Assembly (NCBI RefSeq): GCF_009914755.1
Contig: NC_060938.1
Length of the DNA: 64,000 nt
DNA from: the human T2T-CHM13v2.0 reference genome, Homo sapiens
Direction: 5' to 3' (one strand)
Translations under genes and position numbers: made by a program
Notes under the pieces: generated by a model
The model's database searches: none
What the model was told of the DNA's origin: nothing
Seen by the model: only the letters and a program-made list of their open reading frames with translations
Part shown: piece by piece, positions 31,745-48,697 of the stretch
Layout: each line of letters starts with the position of its first letter
How positions within the stretch are numbered: position 1 is the stretch's first letter

Positions 31745-32915
31745 TGTCCCATGGCCAGGCATTTATTCTCTTTCAGTAGTCAGACAGGAGTTACTTTTTA
31801 AATAGAAGTAGTAGAAGATGGCATGACGTTATCCCCATGGCATCTCAGCTGTGGTTTTCCTACTATAGCTTGCCAGCTTCTCTGTAAAAACAACTCTGCC
31901 TGTCTCAGGTACTTCTAATGCTATTGTATCTTCCGGTCATGAGGCTGTGGTGGGAGGACAGTTTCCCTACAGCCTGGATGGTTGTAAAGCTGTTTTTACT
32001 CTGGACCCCACTCAAAACTGGTAGCCTTGCCGATTACTGAGTAAATGGGTAATAGCAGCATGCCCAAATATGGTATATGTTATTTCAAAACCCCAAGAAG
32101 TCCACTTTGTCCTTCTTTTTGTGGTAGATGTTGTAAGGTGCACCAACTTGTCTGTAAGTTTAGAGGAGATACTTTACATGCTCCACATTACCAGAATATT
32201 AGAAACTTCACTGATATTGTCTGCCTCAGAATGTTCACAGGGCTCTTCTCTATCCCCTGATATGTGTGAGTCTTACTAAGACATCTAGCATGCTTGAATT
32301 TTCCTATTTACCATTTTCAAGTAGAATAATGTCATCCATATAATGAACCAGAGGTGTGTTCTGTGGGATATCAGGATAATGATTTCTCGATGATATTGTG
32401 ACAACATGTAGGTGACTTGACATAGCACTGATATAAGACAAGTTTTATTTTTGTCCCTACCGGTGGAAGGCAAACTGCTTTTGGTGATCCTTGTTGATAA
32501 TAATTTTAAAAACTGATCGTTCTGGATCAATATATTCCTATTAGGTACCAAGGGTTGGGTGGATTTGTTTCATTAACAATACAGCATCTGGGACCACAGT
32601 TGTGATTTTCATTGTCATCTGATTAAGAAGAGAGAATCCATAGTCATTTTCTAAGATGCTTGTGGCTTTCTAAAGCTGTATAGGTGATACAAATGGGGAT
32701 GTGGTAGAAATCACCAACCTTGTATCTTCTAAGTCTTCAATGATAACATTTTTCTTTGGGATTTCCCAGAGATGCAGTTTGCTTTCACTTTAACATCTTG
32801 TGGGGTGGGGATTGTTCTGGATGCTTCTTATCATAATAACCCTTATTCTACCATTTGGCAAAGCAAAGTGGGAATTTTGTCTGTTACTGTGCTTGTTTAT
32901 TCTTACCAGACACTC
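31745..32915 (-). mobile_element. Fossil ERV-L (class III) internal region, reverse-transcriptase remnant; probably extends in pieces from about 30871 to about 34900
   Basis: Minus-strand reads KMTMD..LNQ..TTVVPDAVLLMKQI..TLGT (32650-32540, with a frameshift) and VHYMDDIILL (YMDD at 32342-32331), matching ERV-L RT motifs. Confidence 0.75.
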
Positions 32916-32919
32916 TGGG

Positions 32920-33117
32920 TAGATTGCCAGATAAAAATAGAATGCTCAATTAAAATTGAAGTTCAGATAAACAACAAAATGTTTGAATATAAGTATGTCC
33001 CAAGTATGTAAAATATTGCACAAGATACACTTATACAAAAAAAAAATTTGTTGTTTTTCTGAATTGCAAGTTTAACCGGATGTCTTGTATTTTTATTTGC
33101 TACATCTGGCAACACTA
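32920..33117. mobile_element. MER53 palindromic hAT-type MITE
   Basis: Terminal inverted repeats ttgccagata / catctggcaa and internal dyad symmetry. Confidence 0.8.
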
Positions 33118-33174
33118 GACAATAACCACTTGATGACTGAGTGGTCCCAGTGGGTTTACTATGACATGGACATC

Positions 33175-33660
33175 TGTGGTAGGTTGAACAATGGCCCCTC
33201 AAAGGTGTCCACATTCTAATCCTAAGAACCCATGAATATGCTACCTTATATGGCAAAAGGGACTTTGCAGATGTGATTAAGTTAAACATACTGAGATGGG
33301 AGGATTATCCTGGATTATCTAGGTGGGCCAAATCACAAGAGTCATTGTAAGAGGGAGATAGAAGAGTCGGACCCAAAGGAAATGTGGGGATGGAAGCAGA
33401 GGCCAGAATGATGTCATTGCTGGCTTTGAAGATGGAAGGGGCCATGAGCCAAGAACGCAGGGGGCCTCTTGAAGATAGAAAATGTGGGGAAATAGAATAT
33501 TCCCTAGAGCTTTCAAAAGGAACACAGCTCTGCTGACACCTCGATTTTAGCCTACTGATACTGATTATGGACTTGTGAGCTTGGAACTGTAAGATAACAT
33601 ATTTGTGTTAAGTCATTAAGTCTGTGGTAATTTGTTAAGCAGCAATAAGAAAGTAATGCA
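33175..33660 (+). mobile_element. MLT1C/D solo LTR
   Basis: tgtggtaggttgaacaatggcccc...ggcaaaagggactttgcagatgtgattaag...tgtggtaatttgttaagcagcaataag. Confidence 0.85.
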
Positions 33661-33838
33661 TCTCCTGACCTTCATTTGTCTCCATTCTGACCAGGGAACT
33701 ATGGTGGCAATTATGACTGGCATAAGTTCAGAGCCTATAGTTAACAACCCTAGAAAGGTCTGGGGTTCCTTCTTGCCTGTATTCATCCACCATGGTAAAT
33801 GTCCACAAACTCTTCTGCGGTCAGCTTAAAGAAAATTT

Positions 33839-34214
<376 letters not shown>

Positions 34215-34967
34215 CTAGGTCTCTTAATTGATTTAGAGGTAAGGACCAGCAGTAAAACCATATCATGGTGCCTCAGCTTAGATTTCTGCCTCCAGATCTA
34301 GAATTATTTTGTTTAAGTCAGCAGTACTTTAGTGGGTGGCCTGTCTGCTTCATTCCTAGGGACACTGTGCCAACAATGCACGGGATGCATCTGTGGAATG
34401 CATCTTTTAGCCAGAATGAAAATGAAAATGTTCTTCAAAATGAGAGAATGGGTGGCTGTTTGTTAATGAAAAAATGGGTGCCATGGCACAATAGATTTCT
34501 ACCTTCCTTATTCCATCTTCTATAAAACTGTCAGGAATTCCAACAACACTTATAAAACCATGTTTATAATTTTTAGGCATACATTTTTATGTGTGGTGTT
34601 TTCTTTTGTTTTGCTTTTCCTTATGGTTGATTTTTCTTCCACTACTCCTCTAACTCACAGCTTCCAATACTCCTTCTCCGAATACTCTGTTCATTTTGGT
34701 TTTATAAGGAGGAATCCAAGATGTTCAAAAAGTCTTTGCCTATCATAACAAAGTGAACCAGGATTTTCTATTTAATTAATTTTAGATTAGTTTTTCACTT
34801 CTTCTTCTACATAAGGGTCATCTTTCACTCCTGCAGTGACACTGTAAATAGGGCTTTATATTGGGAAGTAACACATTTGTCAGGTGTTGCATATTATATC
34901 TCTACCAGTTGGTTATTCTGTGCATGTGTTTTCTAAGATAAAAATATGAGTAAATTTCTGCTGGGAC

Positions 34968-35146
34968 AGTAACTCTCAACCTTGGCTGCATATTGGAATC
35001 ATATAGGGGAATTAAAAAAATTTCTGATGGCTAGGTCCCATTTCCAGAAATTCTGATTCAAGTGGTCTGGGTTATTGCCTTGACACTAGGAGTTTTAAAA
35101 GCTACTCAGGTGGTTTTAATGTGCAGCCAAGGCAGAGAACTACTCT
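34968..35146. mobile_element. MER5A hAT-Charlie DNA transposon
   Basis: ctcaaccttggctgcatattggaatca ... aatgtgcagccaaggcagagaac inverted termini. Confidence 0.8.
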
Positions 35147-35671
35147 GCTATGGTCTTCATAATGACTTTTAACTTTAAGCTCTTGTGTAGTTATGTGAAG
35201 TTGCATCAAATATGACGAGATCGGTGATGTCAGATCTGGATTTTGGTGGCCCCTATATCGAAATGATCCCTCTTGACCACCATTATCTGTTCCAGAAACA
35301 ATTGTGTATTGGCTAAGAATTTATGATGTTTTTCTGATTATTTCCATTTCAAGGGCTTGTTTGAAAATCTAAAATTCCCTTATCCTTTTTGGACAAGGCA
35401 GTTTAAAAACATTTATTTCTTTTTCATGCTAGGGACCAGAGTAATGTTGCCTAAGCACAGCCAGGGTAATGTAATATTCTTTCTTATTCAAGCCCAGATG
35501 GTGGGTAGCTTGGTGACCATGGTTGCTTTAGCTACTTGGGGAATAGTGCTCAAGTATTCAAGCTGGTGGTTGGGATAGTACACGAACTTCCCTACAAACT
35601 CCATTAGTGGCTGTTCAAGAGGCTCATGAAACAATTTAAAGGACATGAAACATGAATGGTTGAAAATATAT

Positions 35672-36121
35672 AGACAGAAACACAACAAAAAAAGGTAATT
35701 TCAGGCCAATATCCCTGATGAACATCAATGTGAAAATCTTCACTAAAATACTGGCAAACCAAAACCAGCAGCACATCAAAAAGCTTATCCACCATGATCA
35801 AGTTGGCTTCATCCCTGGGATGCAAGGCTGGTTCAACATATGCAAATCAATAAATGTAATCCATCACATAAACAGGACCAATGACAAAAAGCACATAATT
35901 ATCTCAATAGATGCAGAAAAGACCTTTGATAAAATTCAACACCTTTTCATGCTAAAAACTCTCAATAAACTAGGTAAAATGGAACATATCTCAAAATAAT
36001 AAGAGCTACTTATGACAAATCCATAGCCAATATCATACTGAATAGGCAAAACTGGAAGTACTGATTGATATTGATTCTTCCTATCCATGAGCTTGGAATT
36101 TTTTCCCATGTTTGTGTCCTC
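35672..36121 (+). mobile_element. Isolated L1P ORF2 fragment with a short inverted piece (about 36061-36121)
   Basis: ORF 35718-35999 is L1 RT ([16 protein letters not shown]), followed by antisense L1 gatattgattcttcctatccatgag. Confidence 0.8.
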
Positions 36122-36887
36122 ATAATGTTTCAGAGAAGTTCACACACAGACCTACAAGGGGATGTATAGAAAAATTCTTATTGTAGCGTGTTTTTGTGTG
36201 GATTCTGGATGCTGGAGGTAAAATAAGTTGTCTATAAATGGGAAGATGAATTAATAAAATGTGGCAATGCAAACTCTAGAATATTAGGCAACAGCCAATT
36301 TCTGCTATGAGGCTTACATAAAATATTAATTTTATTAATTAAAAATACATGCACACGGAATTCCAAGAATGGTGGTAATGTCAAGGGGTTTGGTAAAGAT
36401 TCCTGCAAGCAATAATTGTAAAAACTGGAAAGAAATATTTAAAATAAGTATTTGAAGTCACTGGAAAGTACACAAAGCAGGCAGAAATTTAGGAGAGTCA
36501 CAGATGACCATGACAGATAAGAACAGCAACTTGTGCTTTCTATTTTTACCTAAGAGTACGCCATATCCCTTTACACTATGACAGAAAAAAGTTGTAGCAT
36601 TATTGCCTTGAGATAGCAAAGGACAGGATTTAGGGCTGGTGGAGCAGTTGGAAATTTAAGGAGAGGGGAATTCTAGAACTCAGGGACCTATAGAAGGGGT
36701 AAGACCCCCAAATTTGAATGTGAACTATGTCCTTTTCCTAGCTGATCACAAAACTGCATATGGCATGGGGAAGACTGTATGGGGTGAGGCTACATAACAG
36801 CAGCTAAACAGAAACACCAGCTGCTGCACTTCACAAGGAAGACACAGTTTATAGTCTTGAGTCCAGGCAGACTAAGTCTTTACCTGA

Positions 36888-39455
36888 TGACATGGTTTGG
36901 ATTTTTGTCCCCACTCAAATTCTATTTTCAGTTGTAATCCTCAATTACAATTGAGGTGGCACCTGGTGGGACCTGGATGAAGGAGGGGCCTAGCAGGAGT
37001 TAATTGGATCATGGGGGTGGATATCTCATAAATGGTTTGGCAACATATCACTTGGTACTCTCCTCATGGTCATGAGTGAGTTCTTACAAGATCTGGTGGT
37101 TTAAAAGAGTACGACACCCCCTCCTGCCTTGCTCCTGCTCCCACCATGTGAGATGCCTTGCTCCCTGTTTGCCTTCTGCCATGATTGTGAGTTTCCTGAG
37201 GCCTCCCCAGAAGCCAAATAGATGCCAGCATCATGCTTTTTTTTTAAATACAGCCTGTCGAACTGTGAGCCAATTAAACCTTTTTCTTTTATAAATTACC
37301 CAACCTCCAGTATTTCTTTATACAAATGCAAGAATGAACTAATACAGAAAATTGGTACCAGGTGCAGGGTATTGCTATAAAGATTCCTGAAAATATGGAA
37401 GCAGCTTTGGAATTGAGTAACAGGAAGGGGTTGGAAGAATTTGGAGGGCTCAGAAGAAGACAGGAAGATAAGGGAAAATTTGAAACTTCCTAGATACTTG
37501 TTGAGTAGTTGTGACTCAAATGCTGATAGTGATATTGACAGAGATGGCCAGGCTCATGAAGTCTTAGATGGAGATGAGGAACTTATTGGGAAATGGAGCA
37601 AAGGTCACTTTTGTTATGCCTTAGCAAAGAACTTGGCTGCAATATACCCCTGCTCTAGGGATTTGTGGAACTTTGAACTCAAGAGTGATGATTTAGGGTA
37701 TCTGGTGGAAGACATGTCTAAGCAGCAAAGCATTCAAGATGTGTTGTTGCTGCTTCTAACAGCCTGTGCTCATATGCATAAGCAAATAAATGACTTAAAG
37801 TTGGAAGTTATATTTAAAGGGGAAGCAGAGCATAAAAGTTTGAAACATTTGCAGCCTAGCCATGTGGTAGAAAAGAAAAGCGCATTTTCAGGTGAGGAAT
37901 TCAAGCAGACTGCAGAAATTTGCATAAGTCAAAAGGAGCCAAGTGCTAATAGCCAGGACAATGGAGAAAAGGCCTGGAAGGCATTTCAAAAAACTTTGAG
38001 GCACCTTCTCCCATCAACTTCTGGGGAAGCCTCAAGAAACTTACAATCACGGTGGAAGGCAATGATTGTGTTTCCTGAGGACTAGCAGGTTTTGTGGGCC
38101 AGGCCCAAGGCCCTGCTACCCTGTGCAGCCTCAGGACACTGCTGCATGCATCCCAGCTGCTCTAGTTCTAGCCATGGTTCAGACGGGCTGTCGTACAGCT
38201 TGGGCTGCTGCTTCAGAGGGTGCAAGCTGCAAGCCTTGGCAGATTCCACGTGGTGTTAATCCTGCAAGTGTGCAGGATACAAGAGCTGAGGCTTAGGAGC
38301 CTTCACCTAGATTTCAGAGGATGTATGGAAAAGCCTGGGTGTCCAGGTAGAAGCTTGCTGCAGGGACAGAGCCCTTATGGAGCACCCCTATTACAGTAGT
38401 GGGGAGGGGAAATGTGGAGTTGGAGCTCCACACCGAGTCCCCACTGGGGCACTGCCTAGTGGAGCTATGAGAAGGGAGCTACCATCCTCCAGACACCAGA
38501 ATGGTAGATCCACTGACAGCTTGCACCCTGCACTTGAAAAAGCCACAGGCAGTCAATGCCAGCCTGTGAAAGGAGCTGTGAGAACAGCCTTGGAGGCGTA
38601 ACCCTGCAAAGCCACAGTGGGGGAGCTGCCCAGGGCCTTGAGAATCCACCCCTCACACCAGTGTGCCCTGGATGTAGGACATGGAGTCAAAGGAGATTAT
38701 TTTGGGGCTTTAAGATTTACTGACTGCCCTCGGGGCTTCAGACTTTGATGGGGCCTGTAGCCCCTTTCTTTAGGCCATTTTCTCCCTGTTGGAATGTCAG
38801 TATTAACTCAGTGCCTGTATGCTTATTGTATCTTGGAAGTAACTAACTTGTATTTTATTTTACAGGCTCATAGGTGGAAAGGAGTAGCTTTGTCTCAGAT
38901 GGGAATTTGGACCTTTGAATTAATGCTGGAATGAGTTAAGACTTTGGAGGACTGTTGAAAAGGAATGATTATATTATGAAATGAGAGAAGGACATGAGAT
39001 TTGGGAGGGTCCAGGAGTGGAATGACATGGTTTGGATCTGTGTTCTCACCCAAATATCATGCTTAATTGTAACCCTCAATGTTGGAGGATATCAATGTTG
39101 GGGTCTGGTAGGAGGTAATTGGATCATGGGGGTGGATTTCTCATAAATGATTTATCACCATTCCACTTGGTACTGTCCTCATGATTGTGAGTGAGTTCTC
39201 TTGAAATCTGGTCTTTTAAAAGTGTGTGGCACCGCCCCCCTCCAATACCTTGCTCCTGCTCCCACCATGTGAGATGCCTTGCTTCCCCTTTGCCTTCTGC
39301 CATGATTGTAAGCTTCCTGAGGTCTGCCCAGAGGCTGAGCAGATGCCAGCATCATACTTCCTGTACAGTCCACAGAACTGTGAGCCAATTAAACCTCTTC
39401 TATTTATAAATTACCCAGGTATTTCTGTATAGCAATGCAAGAACAGACTAATAAA
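36888..39455 (+). mobile_element. Complete MSTA-like MaLR provirus: LTR 36888-37346, internal 37347-39022, LTR 39023-39455
   Basis: Both LTRs start tgacatggtttggat; TSD cctga/tctga (4 of 5 match) at 36883-36887 and 39456-39460. Confidence 0.9.
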
Positions 39456-39541
39456 TCTGAAGGAAAACCCATTTTCAGAAGAACATAACGGGATCAAGAG
39501 TCACTTAAGTGTGTCTTATTTTTAGCCCCAAATTACTAGAA

Positions 39542-39949
39542 GCATTAGTGTGTTCTTGCATTGCTATGAAAATACTTGAGACTGGATAATTTATAAAGAA
39601 AAGAGGTTTAATTGGCTTACAGTTCTGCAGGCCACATATGAAGCATAGTGCTGGCATTTGTTGCTGGTGAGAGCCTCAGGAAGCTTACAATCATGGTGGA
39701 AGGTGAAGGGGAGCCAGAATGTCACATGGTGAGAGGAGGAGCAAGAAAGAGAGAAGGGGGAGGTCCCAGACTGTTTTAAACAACCAGATCATTTGTGAAC
39801 TAACTGATACTTATCAGAAAGGTGATGGTGCTAAACCATTCATGAGGGATCTGACATGATCTAATCACCTCCCACCAGCCCCCATCTGCAACATTGGAAA
39901 TCACATTTAAACATGAGATTTAGAGGGGCCAAAGGTCCAAACAATATCC
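39542..39949 (-). mobile_element. MSTB-like solo LTR
   Basis: ttgcattgctat...aagaggtttaattggcttacagttctgcagg...tccaaacaatatc. Confidence 0.85.
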
Positions 39950-40244
39950 TTAGATATGTAAGGAAAGAAAAAGTATGATTCATACTCAGGAAAATGGCAA
40001 TCTACAGCCTTGACTATGAAGGGAAATGATGTCAGATGGTTTCTCAAATCTACAGAAAGCAATGAAAAGTACTAGTGATGGTGAATATAGACATCTAGTT
40101 TGAAGCTATATAGTTGCAATGTTTCTATATTTTTTCTAAAATAAAAATGAATACCATAATCTTTATATTTTCCACTAAAAGGAATGCTGAGATATAGCTC
40201 AAAGACAATAAAGAAATTAACAAGGAAAAGTGGAAAATATATTA

Positions 40245-40525
40245 GGCCAGGTGTGGTGGCTCACACTTGTAATCCTAGCACTTTGGGAAGCCAAGGCAGG
40301 TGAATTGCTTGAGCTCAGGTGTTTGAGACTAGCCTGGGAAACATGGTGAAACCCCATCTCTACAAAAAATACAAATAGTAGCCAGGTGTGGTGGTGCACA
40401 CCTGTAGTCTCAGCTACTTGGGAGGCTGAGCCAGGGGGTAGAGGTTGCAGTGAGCCAAGACTGTGCCACTGCACTTCAGCCTGTGTGACAGAGCCAGACC
40501 TGTCTCAAAAAAAAAAAAAAAAAAA
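40245..40525 (+). mobile_element. AluJ/S with a small right-arm deletion
   Basis: Alu dimer with a poly(A) tail. Confidence 0.88.
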
Positions 40526-40809
40526 GTGGGAAACCTATTTGACAAAAAAGAAAGCAAGAAGCTGGCAAGAGAGAAGCAAAGTCTATGAGATAAATAGAAA
40601 ACTAATCGCAAAATAGCAGATTTAAGTTTAATCATAATAATTGGATTAAATATAAACGGAATAAGCACTCTAATCAAGGGGCAAGGACCAATTATATGCT
40701 GTCTTTAAGTAACACACTTTAACTACAAAGACACAAATAGGTTCATATTCAAAAAATGAGAAAATATCTCATGCACACTCTAATCAAAAGAAGTCTGTAG
40801 TGGCTTATC

Positions 40810-45527
<4,718 letters not shown>

Positions 45528-45823
45528 CTAGTCATCCATGACCTTCTTTGTACTGTTGAGTAGCAGTTTCAGGCAACTGCAGAATCTTGTGGAGCAACAC
45601 TTGAGATTCTGGAGTAGAGAGAGGTTTCTCATTTACATGTACATGTCAGACACAGTCCTGGCCTTGCAGGTAGGGCCTCTGAAGGCTCCACATGGAACGG
45701 GAAGAGGCAGAGCTCAACTCAGAATCTTCAGATTTTCCATCTACACAGACTCTTTCTTCTCTGCTCCCCCTTCTCTGGCCTTTGGTTGTTTGAAAAGGAA
45801 AATGGCTTAGTGTGGGTGAATGG

Positions 45824-45828
<5 letters not shown>

Positions 45829-45876
<48 letters not shown>
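45829..45876. repeat. (TG)16(AG)8 compound microsatellite
   Basis: Directly visible in the sequence. Confidence 0.95.
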
Positions 45877-45877
<1 letters not shown>

Positions 45878-47071
45878 AAGAGGAGAAAGACTTTCTCTTT
45901 CTGAAATATCATCACCTGACCCAATCCTTCTCCTTTTTGCCTTAGCTGTTGGGTTGGGGGAGAAGTTCCCAGTGAGGTTTCTGTGCCTGAGCTTACCATA
46001 ATTTTATGACTTTCCATTCAAGTTGATAAGGCTTCTAACGCACAAAGTCTGCACGTGGAAAAAGAAAGAATTGTGTTCTTTTGCACTGGTTTTCATTGTG
46101 CAAAATGCTTTCTTGCCAAAGTTCTGCTGATGAGGTTTACTCAACAGGGAAGAGTGCAGATTTGTTAGAAGTGGTGGATCTGGCTTCTGGGATGGTCACC
46201 TTCTGGAGGTGAGTACCCTGGGGTCTGTAGAGACCTTTTCAGTAGGGCAGCAGAGACAAAGAGCTGCCTTGGAAGTGCTGACTGGCAGAGAAAGACCTGA
46301 AGATGAGATGAATGCCCTCGGGGCTTCCTGGGGACTGAGTCCTGAGACTGGGCAGTGCTCTGAGGCCCTAAGTAAATGCCACAGGGAGGAAGGGCTGAAT
46401 GGGGGACTTTTCTACTAGCAAGTATTCTTTCCATTTGTCAGTGCAAACATTTAATAATGAGACTGTTATCCCCCAGAGCATGCCAGTAATAGATAATTCT
46501 TATGGGTAGGCAGTTAGTAAATACAGAGAGAATGACTGAGGATTGTTAAAGATGTATTATTGATTAAAATTTTGTTGATAAATGGCTTACACTGAATATT
46601 AGACAAATAACTTTCTGATAAGAGATACACATAAAATAATGGTCAAATTCATCAAAGCATTTCTGTATATAGCCTGTTGGATTTGATAAAATGTCTGTTC
46701 AGGGATTATTTCATTTAAGATTAGGAAAACTGCAAAAGTTCAGATGGTAAATGTCACACTGAAAGGAGTAATTAACATTTCTACTTACCTAGGAAAACCT
46801 CCTGACTGATTCTGTGTAGTTACTTTCAGCAGGTGTTTAAAGCTTAATTTTAAATTATGTGATTTCAGTAATCTTTTGTTTGAATATAATATTGATGTAG
46901 ACAGTCATGGGCTAATCTTCAGGGCAAATGTATTGTTATTTAGGTCAACATTTTGTGAGGTGTTTTATATACCTTCAGAGTATCAAAAGTTCTCAGACAG
47001 ATCTTCATCACATTGGTGAGGAAAATGCTGGCTTATAAGTACAGTGGGGTTGGTATAGCGCAAGGAAGGGC

Positions 47072-47514
47072 TATAAACCACAAAGTGACTGAGATAGGTC
47101 TCAATCTAACAGAAGTTTATTTAGCCAAGGTTGAAGATGCACCTGGGGAAAAAATACAAGCCACAGGAGCATCTATGACCTGTGCTTTTCCCTAAAGGGT
47201 TTTAGGAACTTCAGTATTTAAAGGGGAAAGAGCAAGCAGGAAGGTAAAAATGGGAGAGAGAGTAGGACTTCAGGCAGATGGTTATGTTCTTGTGAGGTTC
47301 TGATTAGCCTCAGTAAATCTACATCTTACACAAGATAAAGTAAACATGTGGAAAAGCAAGTAGAGGAAATGAGGTGATGCCACAGGATTGTGGATTATAG
47401 CTGTTTGGAAATAAATAGAAAGCAGTTTTTTTCCCCCCATGGGTCAGTTCCCAAGCTTAACTTTCCCTTTGGAATAGTGAAGTTTGGGTCCTGAGATTCT
47501 ATTTTCTTTCACAA
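47072..47514 (-). mobile_element. ERV1 MER4-group solo LTR
   Basis: ggtctcaatc...agaagtttatttagccaaggtt...ttcccaagcttaactttcccttt...attttctttcaca; subfamily uncertain. Confidence 0.65.
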
Positions 47515-47897
47515 GGTTTAGGACAAGCATGCGGGCTGGTGATGGACGCTATGGTTCTTCCATCCTTGGCTATTGTGATTAATGCTGTTACTAACATGGG
47601 TGTTTGTTAGCTATTTTTAAAGAAGCAAAATCTCTTTAATTTTTCTTTATTCTAGTGCTTGTATGGTTTAATGTTTTTGCATTTAGATCTGTGATCCATT
47701 TGAGGTTTATTTTGAAGTATGGTGTGAGGAATGGATCCAATTATAGCTTCCATCCCCTCCAAATATCTATCTAGTTGTTCTAATGCTATTTATTAAAAAT
47801 CCATTGTTTCCCAGTGATTTGAGATGCCACCTTTTTCATACACTAAAGTAGGTCTTTTTTTTTGGAATTTCAGTTCTGTCTTTTTGGCCTGCCAGTC

Positions 47898-48100
47898 TTT
47901 TTTTTTTTCTTTCTTGGAATGGTGTCTTGCTCTGTCGCTCAGGCTGGAGTGCATGGTTCACTGAAGCCTCAACCTCGTGGGTTCAACTAATCCTTCCACT
48001 TTAGCCTCCCAAGTAGCTGGGACTATAGACACATGCCACCATGCCTGGCTAATTTTAAAATTTTTGTGTAGAGACAGTGTTTCCCTATGTTTCCCAGACC
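47898..48100 (-). mobile_element. Partial AluJ
   Basis: T-tract followed by antisense Alu, truncated in the left arm. Confidence 0.8.
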
Positions 48101-48411
48101 TAATCCCCAATGTGATGGCATTAGGTGGGGCCTTTGGGATGTGATTAGGTCGTAAAAGCTGAGCTCTTTGAATGAGACTAGGTCCCTTGTAAAAGAGACA
48201 TCAGAGAATTCCCTTGCCCCTTTTGCCATATGTGGACACAGGGAGAGGATGGTTGTCTGTGAACCAGAAAATGGGCCCTAATTAGACACTGAATCTGCTA
48301 GTGACTTGATCTTAGACTTCTTAGCCTCTAGACCTGTGAGAAATAAATTTGTTATTTATAAGCCACCCAATTTGTGCTATTTTGTTGTAGCAATCCAAAC
48401 AAACTAAGTAC
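48101..48411 (+). mobile_element. MLT1A/B-like LTR, 3' part, abutting the CTSG 3' end
   Basis: gacttgatcttagacttcttagcctctagacctgtgagaaataaattt...aagccaccc...tttgttgtagcaatccaaacaaactaag. Confidence 0.85.
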
Positions 48412-48420
48412 TGAATGACG

Positions 48421-48470
48421 TTTAATGAACAAATGAGGAATTGGTTATTTATACTCTGTGGACGTTTATT
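48421..48470 (-). terminator. CTSG polyadenylation signals: AATAAA (48470-48465) and ATTAAA (48426-48421)
   Basis: Two hexamers 54 and 98 nt downstream of the stop codon on the CTSG strand. Confidence 0.8.
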
Positions 48471-48523
48471 AAGGCTCTGGCAACACTGTGGAGCTGGCCT
48501 GTGTCCCCGAGAAGAAGAGTCAG

Positions 48524-48697
48524 TCACAGGGGGGTCTCCATCTGATCCAGCAGTTTGAAGCTTCTCATTGTTGTCCTTATCCAGGGCAGGAAACTTGAGA
48601 CCCTGGTGAAGACTTCTGGAGGAACCCCTGACGACTTTCCATAGGAGACGATGCCGTGGGCCACATTGTTACACAGCAGGGGGCCTCCGGAATCCCC
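48524..48697 (-). CDS. CTSG: CTSG exon 5 coding part (GDSGGP catalytic Ser, Glu226, C-terminal extension)
   Basis: Acceptor tctctacctacag; [33 protein letters not shown]...; stop TGA at 48526-48524. Confidence 0.98.
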   Translation of the reverse strand, partial: GDSGGPLLCNNVAHGIVSYGKSSGVPPEVFTRVSSFLPWIRTTMRSFKLLDQMETPL

